64,000 nt of DNA from Octopus vulgaris (Eukaryota). The translations under genes and the position numbers were made by a program. Below, one piece after another: positions 56,041-64,000 of this stretch. Location of the stretch: contig OX597826.1 of assembly GCA_951406725.2 (NCBI GenBank), positions 68,882,001-68,946,000 of the forward strand, read 5' to 3'. Position 1 is the stretch's first letter, and each line of letters begins with the position of its first letter. The notes under the pieces were generated by a model. It worked only from the letters and a program-made list of their open reading frames with translations. It did no database searches and was not told the origin of the DNA.

Positions 56041-58078
56041 ACTATTTACTGAACCTCAGTTTTTTTTATATGCTAGACCACTGGTGTTAAATTGATGTTA
56101 TCAAATTAATATCCAATTTTTCACCCTTATTTTAATTTTAATTTTTAATATATATGTATATATATATGATTTATGAATATTGATGTGTCTATGAATATGT
56201 TTATGATGTGTTTATGAATATTGATGTGTCCAGAGTGTGCATACAGGCATGCTTTCTTAAAAAGTATCTCTGAATAAATCGTCGAATGACATTGTTCAGT
56301 GCTGCATACTATGGGAAGTTGGAAAATTGCTTCATTTGTTAGGACTGTTCCAATAGTACATTCCTGAACGTTTCCTCAGCGTAACAATCAAGAGAGTGTC
56401 AAACGGTCCGTCAAGACATCCTTAAATTTTTTCTTCTGTTTTTCGAAAGCATCAACGGAATGTTTATATCTTTTCTCTCACATCTAAGGTATTTATAATA
56501 TTCAAAATTATTTCAGCATTTGTGATTCATAATGTGTTGAGAAAAATTCATAGTTTAATTAATGATACAGCATTAATATACAAATTTATCTATGCAAGTA
56601 ACGTGGATAGATTATTAGAAGACCATATGCTAGCGATATATGATTCTGTTTTTAGCAGTGTGCGTCAATAGGGGAAGATCACTCAAAACGCACGCCTCAG
56701 TATACGGCATTCTACTGATAAATTCACGATATCTAGAATGTAAAGTTGGCCATTTGGTATCAGTACTACTTCCTCATCGAATTTCTCACAAGTAGCAGAG
56801 CAGGCTCTTTTAAAAGTAAAAAGCCTGCTGGTTATTTTTGTGATCAATGAATGAATAGTTATTATTATTGTATATATCGCTAGCAATGAGATTTGGCAGG
56901 AATACGGCAAGCAGACACTTGCCAAAGAGAAAACCTGTATATAGGAAATCATGTGATATGGCAGTTCCAGCAGTCTTGTCAGACGATTTTCGTCTGCTAA
57001 CGATATATGTTCGTGCTCTTAGCACCGCACTTCTATATTAGAGAATCTCTTACGGCGAGTATCACGTTAGACACAATATAATTTTGGCATATCTATCCAC
57101 TAAATATAACAGCTTAATTTCTAAATATTGTCTGCTATTGATTTGAGATAAGGGAAATCAGGAGCGCCTACACTGGTTGGGGTGGAGGGTTGGTTCTGTC
57201 AAGAAACTTCGACATGATCCGTCAGGATTTCGCCTTGCAAGGGGAAACCATTCCACAGACTTCTAATTCCAACACACACACACACTCACACACATATCCA
57301 AATTTCAAGTATACAAATAAGATGCATATATGATGAAACAGCTGCAAAGAATTATATCACTCATTTTGACACGATCAAGTACAGAGAGATCTTACGCCAT
57401 GTTGGCCTAGAAACCCTCTTCGAAGAAATTTGTGTTAGCTGGGTTACGTATGCAGGATGGACAACATCAGACTCTACTCCCATTAGGCAAGAAAATACGA
57501 AAGACCGAGACAGAGATACAAAGATATTGCGAAAAGAAATATGAAGTGAAAAGGAATTGAATATGATAAATTCTAAAGACTTGCAAAAAGCCGACTGGTA
57601 GGGAGACGCCTATGAAGTCACGCCATAGCCATGGACATTCATAGTTGTAATAACTGGCAACATATATATGTGTGTGTGTGTGCGTGTGTGTGTATATATA
57701 TATGTATATATATGTATATATATATATACGTATGTATTTATATATATATGGATATATGGAAATATATATATCTATGTATACGCATGCATGCATATATATG
57801 TGTATATATGCATATATACATGCGTATACATACATATATATATATATCCATATATACATATATATGTATGTAAATATATATATATAAATATATATATATA
57901 TGCATATATGCATATATATATATATATATATGTATGTATACGCATGTATAAGTGCAAATATATATGTATATATGCATATATTAATGTATTTGTTTATATA
58001 TGTGCGTATATATATAGAGAGAGATAGATAGATAGATATATATATACACAGACACACATATATGTGTGTGTGTGCTGG

Positions 58079-58181
<103 letters not shown>

Positions 58182-58839
58182 ATGTATATATATATATGTA
58201 TGTATATATGCATGTATGTATGCATGTATGTATGTATATGAGGATGTTTATGTGCACGTGTCAGAGTGCGTAAAAGAGTAGAATTTTATATTACGTAATA
58301 AACGAACTTATCAAATATACGCTATAAAATATATGAAGTAATGAAAAATGTTCGACGAGCATACAACAATAAACCTATGCAGGAGTGTCTTCAAAATAAG
58401 ATATTTGAAAGATTAACTGAAAGTTATAGAGCCGCAACTGCCAGTTTGAGCAAGATATAAAACATTATTTGCAAAAGGTAAATCACTCGCATTAAATATT
58501 CAAATTCTTATGCTCTTATAAACAAACAGCGCAAAGCTGTAAAATCATATTGAACATTTTATATTAAAAATTAAAACAATATACAATTAATTTACAACAG
58601 TGATAGATGTGTTTGTGTGTGTGTTTGTGTTTGTGTGTGTGTGTTATTTATAAGTTAAAGTTCACTCAGGCTTTTTTTTTTTTTTTTACTTTACGCACAC
58701 AGATTGAGACGCATAATATAAGATATGGTCATAAATATTCATGCGTGCATACGTATGAAATCGATATACGTATATGCTTATATACGTGTGTGTGTGTGTG
58801 TGTGTCTTGGTATGTGTGTATATACGTTACGTATATATG

Positions 58840-58870
<31 letters not shown>

Positions 58871-58877
58871 GTGTGTG

Positions 58878-58909
<32 letters not shown>

Positions 58910-59204
58910 TGTATATATATGTATATGTATATATATATGTATATAAATATATATGTATATATATATTTATATTTACATACATATATGATGCATATTTGAA
59001 GAAGTATATATATATATATATACACATATACATATATGTATTGTTTTATGCACACTCATAAACTTTTGTGTATATATATGTATATATGTATATATATGTA
59101 ATATATGTATATATATATATATGTGTGTATATATATTTATATACATATATATATATTTATGCACACATATATGCATGTGTGTGTATATGTGTATATATAT
59201 ATAT

Positions 59205-59242
<38 letters not shown>

Positions 59243-59974
59243 TGTGTGTGTATATATATATGTATATATATGTATATATATAAGTGTATATATATGCATA
59301 TATATATGCATATATATGCATATATATGTATGTATATATATGTATATGTATATATATATACACATACACACGCACCTACATCCATACACACATAAAGATC
59401 ACTGTGGCATTGTGTGTGTGTTTATATATACATGTGTGTGCGTGTTTATGTGCCTGTGTATGACTTTCCATATCTGTGTGCGCGCTTCTGTCCGTATCTT
59501 CGTAGTGGACTGTCTCTAAAAATTCTTAATATAAGAGAGAAGTGCTAACCGATTCAACCGATTGTTCGATTCCATCGATGATAGTTATTGATATTCAATA
59601 CCCATCATAATATATAATATTGGAAATATGTAAATACTATCCCGAACATGGTACATTAAAAATAGTTATATCCTGAAACTCTATATAGCATACACACAGA
59701 CAGCTTATAAAACTATTTAACGTTATGGCAGGTAGACGTATAAAAAGTTAATACCATAAATTGTTAATTTCTTTTGCAATTTTAAAGACAAATGTGTTAA
59801 ATATGATGAATGAAGTTAAGGCTACATTTAGTGGTTATAACTTTCCAATCTAACTCAATAAATCTATAATTTTCGATTGGTCTTAACATTACAGACGAAG
59901 GTGGCTGATTTCTCCACAGAGCCAGAGAGTCCTACACTAGTTTTCATATTGATAGTACGTTTAATAACGGTTTC

Positions 59975-60190
59975 AATTGTTAGCGCCAAAGCCAGCCGTA
60001 TTATGTGAGGCGATAAGTTGATTACATCGACCCCAACTATTTGACTGAAATTGATTTTGTTGACCTCGTAAGGATTAAAGTCAACATCGACGGACTTTCA
60101 GAACTTGAATTGGCAATGTAATGAATCGAAAGAAATGATGCAAAGAATTCTTTTTCCGTTGCTCTAATAGTCATCCCAGCTCGCCATCTT
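59975..60190 (-). mobile_element. Old SINE family A remnant
   Basis: GTTGATTACATCGACCCC and AAAGTCAACATCGACGGA.TTT.AGAACT motifs. Confidence 0.55.
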
Positions 60191-60723
60191 AATAGGTTTA
60201 ATAATTGCAGTAAGGTCGGAACAGAATGGCTCGAAGAATATGTCACATGCCCTCTGTTTAACTTGCTGAATCTACTTCCGGATAACGACTATTTTGTTTT
60301 TAATATTTCCTGAAAATCAGTTTATTTGGATACCTCAAAATTACGTTATTAAAAATAATTTATAACAAAGTTTTTTATGTCAAGGGCAATGATTTGCAAA
60401 CGGCATCATTATCCGTTTTTGTGGACGGCAATTTGAAATTAGTTAACAGGTTGTAGCCAGAGCCGACAACATTGAAAGCTGTTAACTTCTTAGCAACACT
60501 CACTTCGTTAATTCTCTTTCCTTATGCACAAGCGACAAATAGCCAAAGTATTTGATCCAGTTTCTAGGTCACGGACAGTAAACAGGATTCTTCTACAAAT
60601 TTATACTCAGCCATTGAAGCAATGTTATAAAATACAGGAGTGTACATATGGCTTCTGATCAGTAAATTTTCAATACAGCATAGTGATCGCGGTGATAATC
60701 AACTGAGACCAAGATTCTCTAAG

Positions 60724-60766
<43 letters not shown>

Positions 60767-60809
60767 GGTATTATATATATTATATATATGGAGAGAGAGA
60801 GAGAGAGTG

Positions 60810-60880
<71 letters not shown>

Positions 60881-60953
60881 TATATAGAGATAGAGAGATA
60901 GATAGTTATACATAAACATATATAATATATGTATATGCATATATATATATAAA

Positions 60954-61012
<59 letters not shown>

Positions 61013-61039
61013 GTATGTATGCATATATACACACACATG

Positions 61040-61262
61040 CATACATGGGTACAGGACGTCAACAACAGTAAACAACATGAAACATGAAAGCAAATGAGTT
61101 CAATAAGCAGACTACGAGAGAAACAAATGGAAAACAGGAGAAGTAACGTAAAGAACGATCTTTCATCAGTTGTCAACTGTCTATCTACACCCCATTTCGA
61201 GCATTGAACGGCTATATGAGTTTTCGAAGATAGTACCAAAATAAAATTTGGGATTTATTGAG
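61040..61262 (-). mobile_element. Family H1 repeat copy
   Basis: Minus strand CCAAATTTTATTTT...GCTCGAAATGGGG...CAACTGATGAAAGATCGTTCTTTACG...GACGTCCTGTACCCA. Confidence 0.75.
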
Positions 61263-61305
61263 GGTCAAAGATGGGAACATGTATATGTATAGAAATATAC
61301 ATACA

Positions 61306-61385
<80 letters not shown>

Positions 61386-61483
61386 GCAAAGATATATTGA
61401 CACGTACATACATATCTTCATTCATTCATACATACATACATACATACATATATACATATATACATATATATATATACATACAT

Positions 61484-61516
<33 letters not shown>

Positions 61517-61574
61517 GAACATTATTGGTGAATTGAAGAAATGGAGCTGAACGCAGATTGAACAGAAATCGTTT

Positions 61575-61668
61575 TATTTCATTCTACACGTGTTTCGAAA
61601 GGCACAAATTACCAAAATCCGATGGAATAATGGGACCATATTGTGTCTTTCTCTTCAGGAAGAAAATA
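61575..61668 (-). ncRNA. Type I hammerhead ribozyme (sense to the ORF, 3' pLTR)
   Basis: Exact reverse complement of 63522-63615; CTGAAGA at 61658-61652; predicted cleavage after GUA at 61585. Confidence 0.88.
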
Positions 61669-62262
61669 GGAAATCCGTTGGAAAAACAAAAACAGAACAG
61701 AGGCGGAGCGAAAACAAATCGAACTATGCTCCTAAGAGCCCATGGCGAAACTGTTTATCAGTGTATGTTGAGAACCGGTGGCTGAAGAATTCAACGGGTC
61801 AGGCATCGGTCAATCATGTGGGTGAGGGGGCGTAGATGTTCTTTGTGACCGAGAATAAAGTTCTGACTATTTAAGGAATATTGGATGTTTTATAAGGGGC
61901 GAGAAAAAATCTACTTAGAGACGTGTGTGTGTGTATACTGTTCTATATACGTGTGTGTTGGCGTAGGGGTAGAAAACATTTTTTGTGTACGTGTGTGCGT
62001 TTGATCGTTCGGCTGTCAGTGGCTACTGCCGTGATGACCGTTGGGTGGCAGAAAAAAAAAAAAAAAATATACATCATGTTTTATGTGTGTGTGTGTTCTC
62101 ATCTAAACCTGCCTTGTCAAGGAAACCCCCCCGCTGTGAAAAAACCAAGCCCCGTTTGTCTTACAGGAGTAATTCCCCTTGCAGTGGTTAATCGTAGATA
62201 TCTTAAAGGCTATTTCAGAATTTGTTACCAAGGGTTATGGGTGCCGGTATTATTTATAAACG

Positions 62263-63216
62263 CTATTTAAAAGCCAGATAAGTGTAACGCCGCCAATGGG
62301 GGCATCGAAAAGCCGACTGTAAAAGCCCGTTTACCATCCGGCCTCTGGCAAACAAAATATGGAAGAGTTCGGAGACACAAAGGTTGCACTGCCTTCTGCC
62401 CCTATCAAATGGGAGGGCCACCGACAAAATTGACCATTCCAGCCTGTAGCTTAAGTTCGTATCCTTCAGTCGCCATATTAGCTTACTGAGTCCCGTGGTC
62501 TGGCGCTTGTTCATGTCCCGAAAAGTTGCGTAATGGTTGGAGACACGCAAAGACAATCTTGAGGATGAGGCCCCTACATAAGTGAAGACATCTGAGTCCG
62601 TGTAAACCTTGCATTGGTAGACGGCGTTTTTGATCTTGGAGTTCGCCGACGTGAATCTAATTCTGCTAGGATTAGTTTCTGAAATTAGAACTGCGTTCCT
62701 GTCACTATATTCGTTCCGAGACCTGCAGCCGCTTACTACTCTATTTTCCACTACGTCACTATTAACTATAGGAATAACCCCTGATTCTCCACTATCTATC
62801 AAAGTGCTGTCATTGCTACTGCCCGTGGTGCTGCTATTGCGGGAAATGATGCTGGGGATGCTATTGGGGCTCTCTACCCTACTCCCATTGTTACCGTCAA
62901 CCACAACACCCCTATTTATAACTATACCCCTAGTGGGTACTCCCTGGCTGGAGCTGAGATTATGTGTCACTGTACTGGCTCTCATATCATTATTACTACT
63001 ATAATTATTCCTACTGAGCATTAAACCGGGAGCGGAAGAGGCTGTGCCTCCGGAAAAAGATGATAGGGTCTTAGTAAGTAGCCTATTATTATGGGAGGCG
63101 ATTATCTGGGCGAGGTTTTTAGTGTTGGAGAAAGCTATCCTAACTTTATGCGAGTTAACCGTGGAGTAATATTTGGAATTTCTGGGGAAGTTATTGGCGA
63201 TGGCTTGTCTAAACAT
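62263..63216 (-). CDS. Penelope-like post-RT linker plus GIY-YIG endonuclease (no RT); frame open to 63279
   Basis: RNKHIWFVIPFGKQIRTNLPLMFRQAIANNFP..KVRIAFSNTKNLAQIIASHNNRLL (PLE post-thumb segment); AVYQCKV..TYVGASS..RVSNH..LSKLIWRLK..LEWSIL..CNLCVSE..CPH (GIY-YIG with CxxC...CxH); no stops or frameshifts. Confidence 0.88.
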   Translation of the reverse strand: MFRQAIANNFPRNSKYYSTVNSHKVRIAFSNTKNLAQIIASHNNRLLTKTLSSFSGGTASSAPGLMLSRNNYSSNNDMRASTVTHNLSSSQGVPTRGIVINRGVVVDGNNGSRVESPNSIPSIISRNSSTTGSSNDSTLIDSGESGVIPIVNSDVVENRVVSGCRSRNEYSDRNAVLISETNPSRIRFTSANSKIKNAVYQCKVYTDSDVFTYVGASSSRLSLRVSNHYATFRDMNKRQTTGLSKLIWRLKDTNLSYRLEWSILSVALPFDRGRRQCNLCVSELFHILFARGRMVNGLLQSAFRCPHWRRYTYLAFK

Positions 63217-63521
63217 GAGGGGGAGGTTAGTTCTAATCTGCTTACCAAAGGGGATTACAAACCATATATGCTTATTCCTATTTTTTCTCGCCCCTTATAA
63301 AACATCCAATATTCCTTAAATAGTCAGAACTTTATTCTCGGTCACAAAGAACATCTACGCCCCCTCACCCACATGATTGACCGATGCCTGACCCGTTGAA
63401 TTCTTCAGCCACCGGTTCTCAACATACACTGATAAACAGTTTCGCCATGGGCTCTTAGGAGCATAGTTCGATTTGTTTTTGCTCCGCCTCTGTTCTGTTT
63501 TTGTTTTTCCAACGGATTTCC

Positions 63522-63615
63522 TATTTTCTTCCTGAAGAGAAAGACACAATATGGTCCCATTATTCCATCGGATTTTGGTAATTTGTGCCTTTCGAAACAC
63601 GTGTAGAATGAAATA
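63522..63615 (+). ncRNA. Type I hammerhead ribozyme (inverted pLTR copy)
   Basis: TATTTTCTTC | CTGAAGA (63532-63538) | GAAAGACACAA...TTGTGCCTTTC (10/11 bp stem II) | GAAAC ACGT GTA | GAATGAAATA; AATAAA overlaps the 3' end. Confidence 0.9.
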
Positions 63616-63822
63616 AAACGATTTCTGTTCAATCTGCGTTCAGCTCCATTTCTTCAATTCACCAATAATGTTCTAATTTCAATTATCCGCACCAACGCAC
63701 GGTTGCAACACCATATGGTTGTACCTCCAACCGTGCTGTTTTACTGCTGTGATTTTTGCTACTAAGGTATCGGTTAAACTTTTGATTAATCTACTACAAG
63801 ATTATTCATCTTTCTATTTCAC

Positions 63823-63866
<44 letters not shown>

Positions 63867-64000
63867 CGAGGGCTTGAGCAAGTGAAACAATGCAGTATTG
63901 AACAAATTTAGTTAGAATTATATTTATTTAAAAGCAAATTATCTCAGCTGGACAATATCAATTTTTACCCCAAGGAAGAAGCCGGTCTCTTAGAAAGAAA

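Larger units (their letters stand above)
61515..63826 (-). mobile_element. Young 5'-truncated Penelope-like retroelement with inverted pseudo-LTR, inserted in (TA)n
   Basis: 396-bp inverted repeats 61515-61910 / 63280-63675, an enclosed PLE endonuclease ORF, a hammerhead in each repeat, about 150-bp tail on the right copy, (TA)n on both flanks. Confidence 0.92.

Noticed and set aside
56220-57120. Possible decayed DNA-transposase (MULE-like) on the minus strand (LAYGLL, EAIF fragments)
   Set aside because: Motifs too short and fragmented to support by eye; needs a translated HMM search
61558-61835. Duplicated 75-aa and 81-aa ORFs (mirrored at 63355-63632)
   Set aside because: A consequence of the inverted repeat; antisense to the hammerhead, non-ATG starts, no recognisable domain
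62630-63004. 124-aa Leu-rich plus-strand ORF
   Set aside because: Antisense shadow of the Ser/Asn-rich part of the endonuclease ORF
63865-64000. TACGAGGG start resembling a mariner TIR
   Set aside because: Partner TIR would lie outside the window; cannot be confirmed

Overview
AT-rich, microsatellite-saturated eukaryotic DNA with no recognisable host protein-coding exon. The repeat content (three tRNA-headed SINE families, very dense (TA)n/(CA)n/(ATCT)n/(AAT)n/(GAT)n) looks like an octopus (coleoid cephalopod) intron or intergenic region; this assignment is inferred from repeat style. Almost all ORFs in the supplied track are translated microsatellites. Real coding remnants are a decayed LINE RT (about 4.0-5.6 kb, -), a decayed Penelope-like (PLE) RT (about 53.1-55.4 kb, +), a frameshifted PLE GIY-YIG endonuclease (50.0-50.5 kb, +) and an uninterrupted PLE linker+GIY-YIG ORF (62263-63279, -). 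The most striking structure is a very young PLE-derived element at 61515-63826. Its endonuclease-only ORF lies between 396-bp inverted repeats (one mismatch seen), each carrying a complete type I hammerhead ribozyme (HHR), so both strands are predicted to self-cleave. At least six further short, ORF-less insertions carry intact or degenerate hammerhead cores or PLE-like direct/inverted architecture, and most sit in (TA)n tracts. Together they suggest a set of microsatellite-associated, ribozyme-bearing retroelements. Also present are three non-autonomous Helitrons, Tc1/mariner-type MITEs, several foldback structures and two motif-dense unique islands that may be cis-regulatory. All alignments and RNA folds were done by eye.
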